Positions 9,550 through 22,443 of a stretch of DNA of 27,590 bases are shown here, piece after piece; position 1 is the stretch's first letter; each line of letters begins with the position of its first letter. The stretch is from Octopus sinensis (Eukaryota): positions 1 through 27,590 of the forward strand of contig NW_021827534.1 in NCBI RefSeq assembly GCF_006345805.1, in the 5' to 3' direction. The translations under genes were made by a program, and so were the position numbers. The notes beneath the pieces are model-generated. The model saw nothing but the letters and a program-made list of their open reading frames with translations, had not been told where the DNA came from and did no database searches.

Positions 9550-9980
9550 GTGAGTGTTTATTTACTCTTTTCCTGTATCAGTGACTATAGATTTCTTCTG
9601 TTCGCTGTGAGTTCATGCAGCTAACAAAGACGAATTGAGACAGAAGTGCACCTAGCATTTTCACCATCCGCTCATAACACAATTTCGCCTGCCTCCTATA
9701 TATTTTGTGTTTTTAAATACAGCATGCCAGTAAGAGGTATTATTACGGGACTAATACTGCAGTAAACTTGCCTATCACGATGTATTATGATTAAGCATGA
9801 TATACAGATGGCTATCTTAATCTGATACTGTTACACACACACACACACACAACACACACACACACACACACACACACATGAATGTGTGTATTTATGTATG
9901 CATGAATATGAAATATAATTTTTTATTGCATTTTAATTTTCAAGAAATTGAAACAGAGAGAGTAGCGGTAACATCATATT

Positions 9981-10166
9981 CAGGGACGTCTTTGCAACAT
10001 TTTAGACCACCGTGTAAAACTGTGCACTGGGCCCTATAAGAATTCAGTATTTAATTGTACGCCACAGTATGCATAAATCAGAATTGGGCCACTAGACCCA
10101 CTGGGCCCTTAGATCGATTGGACCCTGAGCAACTACCTAATGTGTCCATGTCTGAAGATAGCACCG
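9981..10166. mobile_element. Degenerate hAT-like MITE, ~186 bp
   Basis: Ends CAGGGACGTCTT and AAGATAGCACCG are decayed inverted repeats. Sub-terminal TGCACTGGGCCC and GGGCCC...CCCTGAGCAACTACCTAATGTGTCC resemble CAGGGCCGTCTT-type non-autonomous hAT elements (recalled). No 8-bp TSD remains. Confidence 0.5.
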
Positions 10167-10664
10167 AACAGAGTCGAAGCATGTGAGGGAAAGACAAAAC
10201 GAGTTCAATCAGTTGAGGTATGAATCTAAACAACAAAGTCGCTACTAATTCGAGAGTGGCTTTTACTCTCTCTCTCTCTCTCTTTCTTTCTCTCAAACGT
10301 TCACCCATTCCCCCTCACTTAGTCATTCTTTCACAGAATCTCTCCCTCATATTTCCAACTAGCTTTTAATTGCAACACGACCAGTCATAATATAGCAAAG
10401 AATTCTTCGCTCACATAATAACATTAATGTTCAAAACACTAATTAGGTTAAAACTTCTTGTAAATTCTAAAACTTTCTGAAGAAAGATGTAATTATAGAT
10501 GAATAGGATTTTAATATATTGAACTAGGTAAATTTATCTATGTTTTCTGTTACTTAACCACTGAGAAGCTCATAAACTTTTATGTCGTTACGAAAATATG
10601 TAATATGATGTTTAAAATGAAAGAAGTAATCTTTTACTGTCTCGTCTTCAAACTTTGCCGGGTT

Positions 10665-10885
10665 ATATTGATTTCAAATTTTGACACTCGGCTAGGAATT
10701 TGAAGGCGGTGTGGATTAAGTCAATTAGATCGACCCCATTGTTCAAAGGGTACTTGTTTTATCAACTACGAAATGATGAAAGGCAAAGTCGACTTCGGTG
10801 TAATTTGAACTCAGAAAGTAAAGACTGGCGAAATGCTGCTACGCATCATGACCAGCGCGCTAACAATTCTGCCAGCTAATCGCCT
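10665..10885 (-). mobile_element. Family B tRNA-derived SINE, near full length
   Basis: GATCGACCCC...GGTACTTGTTTTATC...GATGAAAGGCAAAGTCGACTTCGG..TAATTTGAACTCAGAA...GCTAACAATTCTGCCAGCT; colinear with the other copies in the window. Confidence 0.85.
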
Positions 10886-11288
10886 TTTCCTGTGGATTTA
10901 TTAATTCATATTTAGAGTTGGCTAGAAAGTTACTTTTGTTATCTTTAAACTAATGCAGGATTCATGTAGCGTTAAACTTTCTAGTCTAATATCTATTGTA
11001 CGTTAGCTGCTTCTTCTAAATTAATAACATAGTATAGGGTAGAGGTGATTTTCCTTCTTGTGATATTGTTAAAACTATCTGTTGTATGTGCTGCTGTCAG
11101 AAGTAACATAAACATGTTTGGAGCTTTAAGTTTGGTTAAATCTTTGTGCTTTATGTCTTGGTCGATATTTGAAAAAAATATATACTTTTTTCATCGTATT
11201 AAGGTCGGACATACAGGCTTTCGGTTCTTTATCATTTGAGTGTTTTCGTTTTTAAGTAGCGTAAGGGGTTCTTTGCTGGAGCTTTCAG

Positions 11289-11366
11289 TGTTTGCTATTC
11301 CATTTGAGCATTATAAATTATCCCCGTTTAGCCTGCTCGACAAATTAAGGAATCAAATATGGATTG
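11289..11366 (+). CDS. Candidate 78-nt symmetric (phase 1-1) exon, host gene unknown
   Basis: Acceptor GCTTTCAG, donor TTG/GTGAAT; open as (V)FAIPFEHYKLSPFSLLDKLRNQIWI. The pyrimidine tract is only moderate. Confidence 0.17.
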
Positions 11367-12542
11367 GTGAATGTTTGTATGTTTAATCAGAGAAAAATAA
11401 ATACCTAATATACAGAATTGAATTCTTATATTTTATTAGAATCTGTATTTTCTTGAATCGGCAAAGTTTCACGTTACCGATTATTGAAACGATTGATGTA
11501 GAGAAGCAACGTCATAGTATACAAACAAAATATTCGAACGGTTATTCCCTCATGGTTTCCAGCAAGCACTCAACCAATAATCATTTCCCGACCAATGATC
11601 ATAATTGGCTCTAACTGAGACTATTTCCCCTTTTATATTATCACACTGCTGTAATCGTTTTGAGCATCGGCTACGTGGAACGCGGTGTTGCAATCCTAGA
11701 ATCTTCAACTTCTAACATAGCTATAGAGACATACGCGCGCGCCCACGTACACACACACATATGGTACCTTGGCATCTTTGAAGTCCCATTAATAATAACT
11801 TGACTTAATTTGTTTTTATGGCAATGCATTGTTTAATGGGATAGTTACAGGCGAGGCGAATGACACATACATATACGTGCACACCCAGCGCAGAGAAGAA
11901 CGCACGCACATACACACACTCGCCTCACACACATATTTCATGAAGCAATAACAAAATTGTCCAGATGCACTTTGTATATAAACAAAGGAAACTATGCTTA
12001 CATTTGCGAAAATGATATTGGTAGAACTAATTTGTCAGGGAATTTTTATTATTTCTTGGATTTGCTTTTGCTTTGCTAATTTGCTTCTTTATTTCATTCA
12101 ATCATTCTCCTTCCTCTACCTTGGTGGGGATTTTTGTGCTGTTATTGTGATTATTTATAATATCTCAAGGCCCTCTTCGTGTTGAAAGCACGTTGGATAA
12201 TAGTTAACTTTAGACCTGTTATTACTGGCAGTTTGTGTGCTCAAGTGTCAACAATATAAACAAATAGGAGCTGCATGTTTAGGTGGAGCTATTTCATTTA
12301 CTAAAATATACGAATGAAGTCGAACTCCATATTGTCCAGTTAATACACTGCTTGTCGTATGGCATAAGGCTCGTAAGTTCAAATATATTTGTGGGTACAC
12401 TCATCAATTCTTTCGTAGGTTTGTCTTGAATATGACTGCAGTTACGTTAAAGTTAATGAGTTTAGATGAGGTTTTTGTTGTTAACATTAAGTTTGCCAGA
12501 AGTTTTGTGAAAGGGTTACTAATAACGGATGTTATTAATCAT

Positions 12543-12700
12543 AAGATGGCGGCGAGCTTGCTGAGTAGAGCGCTTCGTGCAATAAATGTTTTGCGATAGT
12601 CGTTCTGAATCTCTTAGCTTTGATTTCAAAATCCTGTTGAGTTCAGCTATACCTTTCATTCTTTCAGAGTTGATAAATAATACTGATGTCGATTTTCCTT
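12543..12700 (+). mobile_element. Degenerate family B SINE
   Basis: AAGATGGCGGCGAGCTTG...TTTCAAAATCCTGTTGAG...CCTTTCATTCTTTCAGAGTTGATAAATAA. Confidence 0.65.
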
Positions 12701-13212
12701 CCTCTCTTTTTTAATATCTCCCTTATTGTATCTAGAAGAGACCGGCTGTGTTCAGACATGATGCTGGACTTCTACATTTTTAAATTCATAAAACATATCT
12801 CATGTCTAGACAGCACTCCTACAACTCCATGATGAGTTGAGGGCTAAAAGAAAGAAGGAATGATAAAAATCTCATTTAGTAGTGTTACGATTTGGCTTTT
12901 GTTATTTGCCTTAATCGAGAAATGTGATCATATCCTTTCTATCTTATTTTCAAACTTTATTGCCCAATATGCCACGCATTTTTAATCGTAGGTTTCGATT
13001 TGCGGACATTTGGAAGCTATAGTTATTTCTGTCTTGTCGAACAACCATGTAGATGTGTTCTGCTCATGTTTGGTCGTTCATTAGATAGTGTTTTTAAGTT
13101 GAGCGACTACGTAGAGCTTCCGCTATAGATTCGAGAGCGTTTATTGTATAAATGGTAAAGACATCTTATTTCCATAACTACGTAACTGGAAGCAAATAAT
13201 ATGCAATAGTCG

Positions 13213-13334
13213 TAGTTGTTTAGCCCAAGTCACCATTGATCCAGAGAAGTTGAGCTATGATAAAAGGTAGTCCAGTTTTCTATTCACAAGATCGAAGAAT
13301 GTTGTTTGAGTGAGATTACGTTGCTATTTCTAGC
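13213..13334. repeat. Degenerate interspersed repeat fragment
   Basis: Ends in GTGAGATTACGTTGCTATTTCTAGC; related motifs occur at 3151-3175, 21839-21862 and 22738-22761. Confidence 0.45.
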
Positions 13335-13736
13335 TGGCAAGCACCGGTGTAATTCATTACTGCAAGATGTGTGGTTGATATACTCTATCAGCGTTAAGAA
13401 GTCACAGAAGAGTTGCAATAGAGAAACTTAATTAAATAAAACGAAGGTTTCTTTATCGATTTAGGAATGATGAAAGCGGGATTAGAACTTAGCACAATAA
13501 AAGTCTAAAGAAATTCAAAGCAATTTTATCAAATACTTTGCCATCTACTGATATGAGTGTCATTGTTAATGATACTGTTGGTTGATTCCCTTTCATTATA
13601 GGTCTGCTCGGTCAGTAGTGATTGAGCAAACCCATGGTGCAAAGACATTTGATTCAGAGGTAGTCATCATTTTTTCTATTCGTAGTGTATAGAGGACTGC
13701 ATTATCATTCCTTTATATATAGATATGTATGCAAAT

Positions 13737-13850
<114 letters not shown>

Positions 13851-13857
13851 CTACATA

Positions 13858-14243
13858 CTTTTATTCTTTTTATCTTTTATTCCTTCACTTCTTTCAGTCA
13901 CTTGACTGTGACCAGGATTGTTTAAACGAAGAAATCGGCCCTAGGACTAATTCTTATTCTATCGAACCCTTTGGCCGAACCGCTAAGTTACGGGGACATA
14001 AACACTCCGACGTCGGTTTTCAAGCGATGGTGGTCGGACAAACACAGACACAAAGCCACAAAGACACACACACACACAAATACGACAGGCTTCTTTCAGT
14101 TTCCGTCTACCAAATCCACTCAAGAAGCTTCGGTCGGTCCGAGGCTATAGTAGAAGACATTTGGCCACGATGCCACGCAGTGGGACTGAACTCGGAACCA
14201 TGTGGTTGGGAAGCAAACTTTTTTTACCATGCAGTCACGCCTA
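13858..14243 (-). mobile_element. Family A tRNA-derived CORE-type SINE (octopus OR1/OR2-like), near full length
   Basis: Colinear with 20531-20907. Minus strand carries the head GGTTCCGAGTTCAGTCCCACTGCGTGGCA, a CORE-like block, internal (TG)n and an AAAAGA-rich tail. Family name is recalled, not searched. Confidence 0.85.
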
Positions 14244-14538
14244 GAACCTAGAAATACTTGGTTTCATGGAAAAAGAACAAAAGAAACTGACACGGATTCT
14301 TCAAATCTTGTCTATTTGTGGCAGAATGAAGATTTGTGAGACATTCCAAAGATTCTCTCCATCTGAGATTCTTATGTGAATAGATACATACACTTGGATG
14401 TATTCATCAACAGTTCAACCAGCACATCAACTTAACCACATATATACACACACACAGAACTTTCTTAACTTAAAAACTATTGTCACTTTGGTAGCGATCG
14501 GTTTGAACTTTCTCAAGAACTTAAATAAAACTCGAAGA

Positions 14539-14652
<114 letters not shown>

Positions 14653-15680
14653 TTCAAAAGCAATTACATATTCCGTCTATTCAGCTCCTGAATGGAGCTA
14701 AATAGATTGAATATGTAATTTTACTCTCAGCTTTTGATTCGTTTGAAAGGGTTAAACTCACAGAAGATAGAACTGTGATCGTGATCTCGTGGCTTCCATT
14801 CCATTCTATTCAATATTGATTTAGAAGTGAATGTGAACTGAACTAGCTTATTGTAGGGATTGAAAGCTGATCACAGACTCATATGGCGGAACACTTACTT
14901 CTTCTTCCACGACGTTCACCTACGCTTTTATTTATTTTTTCGAATGTCATACATTAGCCTCCAGAAATTTATACATTTGACTAGCAAAAACAACCACCAT
15001 AGAACGGAGTTCTTAGCTACTGTTATTTTAAATGCCGATAATATTTGTTTTCGATATTTGTCTTATCCGTTGTTATTACTTCTGCGGTATTTTGTAGTTA
15101 TGGTTATTTTTGTCGTTGTTGTCATTGCTGCTGTTGAAGCTGATGCAGCTAACTGTCTTTACAAATGGCTAGGGGGAAATGACTGTCTCCCATGTTTCTC
15201 TGATTCAACTCAGAAGCGTGACCAGAAATACATGCTAATGTACAAGAGTTGTAGTAGTGTTTCATCAGAGCAAGAACCCAGACTCCATTTACGACATGTT
15301 GTCTTGCAAAGCATAATCCTACAATGTCTGCTCTTTATTGTATGTTTTTCAATCAGTTTACTTGTTTGTTCTTTCTCTTTTTTCTTTCATTTCTTTTTTT
15401 TTTAACATTCTTTCTGTTAGTTTTAAAAGAAAATTTTCTTGGCTCCCTATTATATTGTATTTTTTCCAGATATTTTTATCTTTCGTTTTCCTTTTTGTTT
15501 CCTTTTATTTTTACGTTTATTTCATTCTTTTTTTCATCATTTTTAAACCATTTTTTATTTATATCATGTTAGTTTGAATCCTTTCTTTTTTTACATTTCA
15601 ATTCTTGCATACATATCTTATGTAAAAGATTAAGTTTACTGCAAAAACATCGTTTATTTTCCCAGAGCTTTGGGAAAGGC

Positions 15681-15681
<1 letters not shown>

Positions 15682-15721
<40 letters not shown>

Positions 15722-16008
15722 TATATGCATACACATACATACTACACATACATGCATACATGTATATATACACACATATATTCATACGAATATATAAACG
15801 CGCATACACGCACACACATATACATACATACACACATACAAACACATATATTCATATATGCATAAATACATATATCAGAACATTCTGTTATTCCTTCCAT
15901 AAACTTTAAATATATCTGCTTTGACCCTGCATCCATCTACAAACCTACCTCTCTCTCCCTCTCCCCTCCCTCTCTCACATACACACATACATATATGTAC
16001 TCATGTAT

Positions 16009-16039
<31 letters not shown>

Positions 16040-16040
16040 A
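15682..16040. repeat. Compound (AT)/(CATA)/(CT)/(CA) microsatellite field
   Basis: Several adjacent simple-repeat blocks. Confidence 0.9.
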
Positions 16041-16714
16041 AGAAATAGAGAGTGATGGGAATATGCATATTTTTAAATGCTACTTCTAAAAGCCTTTTAA
16101 CCTGTTTAATGCAAAGACGTAAAGACGCTTGCGAATTCTAGACTCGTCTTTAGTTAGTAAATAAAAATAACTCATTCTTGTTCCATCGTGAAGTGTTAAG
16201 AAACGATAGGATGAGCTTTCAACTTCCCCACGGCCGTTAGCAGTATAGTGTTTTATTTGTATTTTATAAAACTAGTCATCATCTTTGAATAAGCATTCAA
16301 TAAGCAACTTTTACGTTGTCAGGGTGGCAAGCAATTATTGAGCAGTGGATTCTCAAAGGTAGGGTGGTATGTAATTATTTTGTATTTGTGTCATTAAGGT
16401 CAGACATCATACTGAACTCACTCTAACAATGATAATATACCTCACTTATTTATATCATATTTTCAAGGATTCCAATTCCCTTAATTCCCAATCAAAAACG
16501 TTTCCCACACTTATTGTAACTCATTGCGAAGCAGATTCACATTTAGCGTTTATTAAAAAGCATTTTGGCATTTGCTTCTCTATTCATTCTAACTACACTT
16601 TTATGATTACATACCTACATACGTAAACACTCTATCACACATGCACAGGCTAACACACGCATGCACACACACACACAAATATGTATCTATTTATGTATTA
16701 GCACAGACACATAA

Positions 16715-17365
16715 GCGATATTTATGTTAGATACATAGACTTCGAGTAATGTTGGTACTTTTTTTTATCGATTCCGAAAGTATGAATGGGGAAGTCGACC
16801 TTAGTAGTATTTGAACCCAGAACGAAAAAACGGAAGAAATGCGGGTAAGCATTTTGACCGGCGTGCTAACGATCCTTCCACCTCGCCTCTTTGTGCGATA
16901 TTTATATCAAATATATAGACTTCAAGTAAGGTTGTACCTCCATGTGAATATCTATGTGGTGTTTCGCCTTATTTCGGATTCCTTTCAACGAAGTGTAGTT
17001 AATTCGTAACGTGCTAGAATATTAGTTTCAAAATTTGGCACAAGACCAGCAATCCGGGGCTAAATGTAAGTCGAATAAGTCGACCCCAGCCCTCAACTGG
17101 TACTTATTTTATCGACCCAGAAAGGAGGAAAGGAAAATTCGACCTTGGTGGTATTTGAACCCAGAACGTAGAAACGGGTGAAATGCCGGAAAGCATTTTG
17201 CCCGGCGTGCTAACGATTCTGCCAACTCGCACCTTGTGCGATATTTATATCAAATATATAGACTTCAAGTAAGGTTGTACCTCTAGTGAATATCTATGTA
17301 GTATTCCACTTTATTTTGAATCCCTTTCAACGCAGGGTAGATACAACGTAACGAGTTAAAATATT
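16715..17365. repeat. Local tandem duplication (period 343 bp) of a family B SINE plus unique flank; two SINE copies and three flank copies
   Basis: Minus-strand SINE at about 16752-16890 and 17018-17233. Flank TTGTGCGATATTTATATCAAATATATAGACTTCAAGTAAGGTTGTACCTC is identical at 16891-16940 and 17234-17283. A third copy (34/40) lies at 16715-16754. Confidence 0.9.
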
Positions 17366-17552
17366 TGCGCACAAAATATCCGTTAAGAAACAAAATCACG
17401 AAATTGTCTCTAACTTATCTGATGACAAGTGAATCTAAAGTTCTCTATATTAATTTTCTAAAATCTAGATCAGATATTATGAAATATACTGATGTTCTCA
17501 TACGTTTGTGTTACGAATATTTGTGTCTGACAAAGAAATTCATAACTTTTTT

Positions 17553-17648
17553 GGTAATATAGTTAAAAAATTATTCGCTTTGTAACCACGTGACTTAGGG
17601 TTCAGTCGAACTGCGCGGTCCCTGGTACTCACACACTCACACAATGCA

Positions 17649-17703
<55 letters not shown>

Positions 17704-17739
17704 ACACACACACACACACACATATATACACATACATAT

Positions 17740-17806
<67 letters not shown>

Positions 17807-18063
17807 GTGGGGTATGAATGTATATGTATGTGACTTTGTTTTTGTGCTAGTCCCCCACCGTCTAACAATCAGTGTTGTTTTTTTTTACTTTCCTCTAACT
17901 TAGCGTTTCGGTCAAAGAGACCCTTAGAATAAATACTAGGCTTTTTTTTATAAAAAGAAATAATATTAATGTACTGGAATCGATTTGTTCGGCTAAACCC
18001 TCCCAGGCTGTGCTCCAGCATGACTGAGATCTAGTGACTGAAACTAGTAAAAGATAAAAGATA
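17553..18063 (+). mobile_element. Family A SINE with deleted core and expanded internal (TATC)/(CA)/(TA)/(TG) microsatellite
   Basis: Head AACCACGTGACTTAGGGTTCAGTCGAACTGCG; tail AACTTAGCGTTTCGG...GAATAAATACTAGGC...GTGCTCCAGCATG...GTGACTGAAACTAGTAAAAGATAAAAGA is the reverse complement of the 20531 copy. Confidence 0.75.
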
Positions 18064-19607
18064 ATTACAAAACAGACAGCTGAAGTGACAAACAACAAAA
18101 GAGATTAGTAAGAAGTAATGTCGCTTGCGGTACATCCAGTTAGATAATTCTCTTAATATCTACTGACGACATTATCAATGATGTTGGTGGTTTCACATTC
18201 TCTAGAGGTATAATAATAGCGTTTTTTTTTTTTGGCAGTACTGTAGCAGTAGCCGGCATTTATGTACGAAAACCACAATAGAATACACATGCATACATAC
18301 AAAGGCTATACTCCATGAATAATTTGTGCATGGTAATATACATATATGTATATATACTATAATTGCATCAGCATCTCCGGCTCTCTAATTTGAAGTTTAT
18401 AGCTAGACGAATATCTATTATTATGACATTACACGTTACGAAAAATAATAGTCCATAAAACGTATCTCCTAAAATGTGTTTTCTTCACACAGTGATATTG
18501 CAAGTATGTCTTAAGAAAATAATTAGACTCTTTATCGAGATGATAAGCGAAGTCGTAAAGAAATGAAAGAGCAAACAAGAATCATAGTACATGCTACTGG
18601 TTTATTTACTAAAGAATTATACATTGTCATTTAGCTATGCTTATGGATGCCCCTTGGGGTTGAACGGTGGACATTATGCTTCCCAGTAGAATTGTTTAAT
18701 AAATTGGCTTTCCGCCATAATAACAATTTTGCTTTCTTTCGACGAAATTGCTCTTAAAATATGACTCCATTATCGTAGATGTATGCAGCTTAGATTTATG
18801 TGTCAGGTCATCATTATATTTTCTAATAATAAAGCCATAAAATATTTCGTTTCCATCTGTAGCAGATCCGATTTTCAGCTCTCAGTTTATCTGCAATTCG
18901 AATGAGATCTTAAAATTTGTTGATTTTGACCTCTTAGACACTTTCTTCCTTTCCCTTCCTCATTCCTATTCTTTTCACTTTTCTCTTATCTCCTTCTTTC
19001 TTTATCATAGCTTCTTTCATACTTTCCGTTGATGTTTGGCCATTTTCCACTTAAATCTAATGGTATAAATGACATTGTTTATAATTTTGTATTCACAATA
19101 ACTCCTGCGGTTTACGATATTTTCCCAAAGTTAATCATTTCATTGAGTTGTTTCAAAGAGTGTTTTCGACAGCAGTAGGAATATTTCAAATATTTTCGTC
19201 CATTTTTAATAAGTCTAAATATCACGGATGACTCCTTTCCTTCCATTCTTTTCATCTGTTATGCTATTCGAGTAATATACTAAGCATCCAAGTCAATATG
19301 GACGACATTACTCTTGGATTAACTTACGCAGTCGGCTGCATGATGCATTCGTGATTCTTCAATCAATTAGTTTGTTAATTTAGAGAAATATAGAGGAATT
19401 GTCAGCGTGAAATCGATATGGTAAGATTAAACCATGTTAATATGAAATAACACGAACTAACCTTTGTCCCCTGTACGAAGGCAAACTCTTCAATACTCAA
19501 ATCCAATCGATTGTCTTCCTTTCCATTCTGTTTTGTGCCATCACAACGCGTGCGTTCTTTATTCTCCTCTTTCTTTGCTATTCATTTCGAATATTCCTTT
19601 TCTGTAG

Positions 19608-19652
19608 CTTTACCACGATCGATTCAAGTTGTTTTCACCGATTCTCTTGAAG
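19608..19652 (+). CDS. Candidate 45-nt symmetric exon, host gene unknown
   Basis: Long pyrimidine tract ending TTCCTTTTCTGTAG and donor AAG/GTAAAT, in unique sequence. Open in phase 1 as LPRSIQVVFTDSLE and in phase 0 as LYHDRFKLFSPILLK. Confidence 0.3.
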
Positions 19653-19977
19653 GTAAATAATTACAGCATTTAATATGGTTACTGTCGAATAAATACTCGA
19701 AAGCTGAACACTTAAAACAAAGCTATTATCGTACATTTCCCTTTATTTCCTATTATAACTCAAATAAATCTTGATTTAACTTACATCATTAATAAATATA
19801 AATATAAATGGTCAGTAACAAATACGCACTCACATATAAGTAAAATAAAATAACTCAAAAACAGATACAAATAAGCAACCGCGCACATAAAGCATTTCAT
19901 ATGAAATAACAAAACCATTTTTTATCCAACGCATAGATTTGTCATTTTCTTTCCATTTCATTATCTCTTTATATCGA

Positions 19978-19987
19978 TTCATCTATC

Positions 19988-20065
<78 letters not shown>

Positions 20066-20140
20066 AACACACACACTCGCACGTACACACACACACACGT
20101 ACATACACACACATACGTACACACGCACACACACACATGC
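19978..20140. repeat. (TATC)n followed by (CA)n/(CACG) microsatellite
   Basis: Direct reading of the sequence. Confidence 0.94.
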
Positions 20141-20530
20141 ATTCGTATTCTTTATCAACTTTTCCATCATATGAAAAAAATTAACCAGGGGAAGAAGAAA
20201 AAATAAAAAGAACATCTAAAATATTAATTTCAAATCAGATGAAGAACCGAAAGAAAAAACACGTATTTTCTTCTCCCTTGATTTACATGTTTTTCCAGGA
20301 AGGAAATTTTCAAATGCGTATGATTGTTTTTTTATAATAATCATAATTAACTATTTATGAAACAGCAACAACGATTACTACAACTACAACATCAACAATA
20401 ATAATTTCTTTATTGGTCACAAGGACTTATACATACATAGTAAACACAATAAACGCCATAGAATGACATGTGGGTATTGACAAAACAAAGTTATCTAAAG
20501 ATAAGAATAGTGGTATGGATGTCATACATA

Positions 20531-20907
20531 TTCTTTTATTCTTTTATTTGTTTCAGTCATTTGACTGCCGCCATGCTGGAACACTGCCTTTAGTCGAACA
20601 AATCGACTTGCGGACTTTATTCTTTGTAAGCCTAGTACTTATTCTATCGGTGTCTTTGACCGAGCCGCTAAGTTACAGGGAAGTAAACACACCAACACCA
20701 GTTGTCCATCGATGGTGGGGGGACACACACACACACACACATACATGCGATAGGCTTCTTTCAGTTTCCCTCTACCAAATCCACTCACAAAGCCTTGATC
20801 GGCTCAAGGCTATAGCAGAAGGCACTTGCCCAAGGTGCCACGAAGTGGGATGAGAACCCGGAATCATGTGGTTGGTAAGTAAGCTATTTACCACACAACC
20901 ACTCTTG
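20531..20907 (-). mobile_element. Family A CORE-type SINE, full length, best-preserved copy
   Basis: TTGTTTCAGTCATTTGACTG...GCTAAGTTAC...(CA)n...GGCTTCTTTCAGTTTCC...CACTTGCCCAAGGTGCCACG (CORE-like CACCTTGGGCAAGTG on the minus strand)...AACCCGGAATCATGTGGTTGG. Confidence 0.9.
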
Positions 20908-21589
20908 AATGACGACCATGCAAACTGGATGTAAATTAAAACCACAGATTATATAAAACAGATGATACTTAAAATAAGATAAATCTTCAAAAAATAACAC
21001 AAAGAAAAGACAGGATACCCCATCCACAAATAGGTGAAAACACACAAGCAAGTTCAGATCTCAGCAGCCCGCGATCTGTCTGCTTGTTGTTCGTTGTATT
21101 AAAACCGATCGCATCCGAAAAGTACACATAAACATTTGTTTATGCTAACAATTAGAAAATGCATCCAACGATTACTGAGTACAGCTATGATGGATCATTA
21201 ATGGGATTTTCAAAATCTTATCTTTTGCTTATCTATTATAAACTGGGTCTAAATCCTTCGCCTCGTACAGCACAATGTCTTTATGATCAGTTTTGAAAAC
21301 AACCAGAATGAACCTCAGTGACACTTTATATGTCTGTGGTCCGTTGAACTTCATGTTATCTCTCTGGGTGGGGACCCTCTTCAAATGTTTTTCGTATGAT
21401 TTCTAATGAAAGAAATGGCGTTGTTATATACACGAGTAATTCTCTATGTCGCATTTCCTGTTTCGTACAACTGGCTTTAGATTTACACATGATCTATCAT
21501 TCAGATGTTACAAGATTAATCAATATATCACCGCCACATAAGCAACTAATTAGCATGATATTTACTGTTGTAATTAGTTTTATATTCAG

Positions 21590-21740
21590 TACCGATCTGA
21601 GTTCAAATCACCTTGAGGTTAATGCTACCTTTATTCCTTCTGTAGTCAATAAAATAAAGTATCGATCAAATACTGAGATTGTTCTTAACTCTATTCTCTG
21701 ATCAAATTTGAGGACTTGTGTCTCTGTAAGAAATCAATAT
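21590..21740 (+). mobile_element. Degenerate family B SINE
   Basis: TCTGAGTTCAAATCACCTTGAGGTTAATG...CCTTTATTCCTTCTGTAGTCAATAAAATAAAGTA. Confidence 0.6.
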
Positions 21741-21838
21741 ACAACGAACTGAAGAGTGCGACTTTTTCTTTCAGAAAGTCTATCTAGTTCTACCTTATTT
21801 TACGCATCCCCTATCTTTTGAGGTGACATAATTTAAGC

Positions 21839-21953
21839 GAGACCTGGCTGTTAATTTTAGCATCTGGAAAGACCGGATAGAAACTCTAGTTCCAGATGTG
21901 ATGGATGGGACGATGGTAAGAAATGTATATGCCGTATAATGAGCCATCTAGCA
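21839..21953 (+). repeat. Copy 1 of a 115-bp local direct duplication
   Basis: Matches 22738-22854 with 4 substitutions and one 2-nt indel. Confidence 0.92.
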
Positions 21954-22443
21954 ATATTTCAAAGACGATATATTCTAATATCGGAAACAAATATCAAACC
22001 TTTCAATATGCTGTAATCTGCTTGGAGAACATTAATACTGATAAGATAATATGCTTCCAGCTATGACAAGAAAATTACAGTAACTGATACATAACTTAGC
22101 CATAATCAAGACATCTATTTCCCTTTACAATCTTGTGCTTTTGTATTTTTTTTCCCTGATAACAATTGTAATATTTGATCGATGTTTTCAGTTTTAAACA
22201 TCAGGTAACGTACCTTACCATTTAAATGTATTTATTAGGTGATATATGTTATCTATTGTCGCATGATGTGATTTATCTAATAACTTTCTTGAGGATATTT
22301 TTATATATTTACACCTAACACAGCGAATTTTACAAACATTTCTCCTCGTTGAGAAGTTAATCATTCAGAGTTCGGTTGTATTTTGAAGAGAAAATATGAA
22401 AAGAATAGAAACGAAAATATAGGCACGTGTGTAGCAGTGTGAA

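Noticed and set aside
11575-11610. Cluster of three CCAAT/ATTGG boxes
   Set aside because: 5-mers in AT-rich DNA with no downstream TATA box, initiator or ORF support.
12543-12553. YY1-like AAGATGGCGGC
   Set aside because: It is the decayed 5' end of a family B SINE.
14860-15405. 181-aa ORF, the longest in mostly non-microsatellite sequence
   Set aside because: TTG start, low-complexity GTT/GCT and T-rich segments, an apparent decayed SINE piece near 15200-15250, and no recognisable domain.
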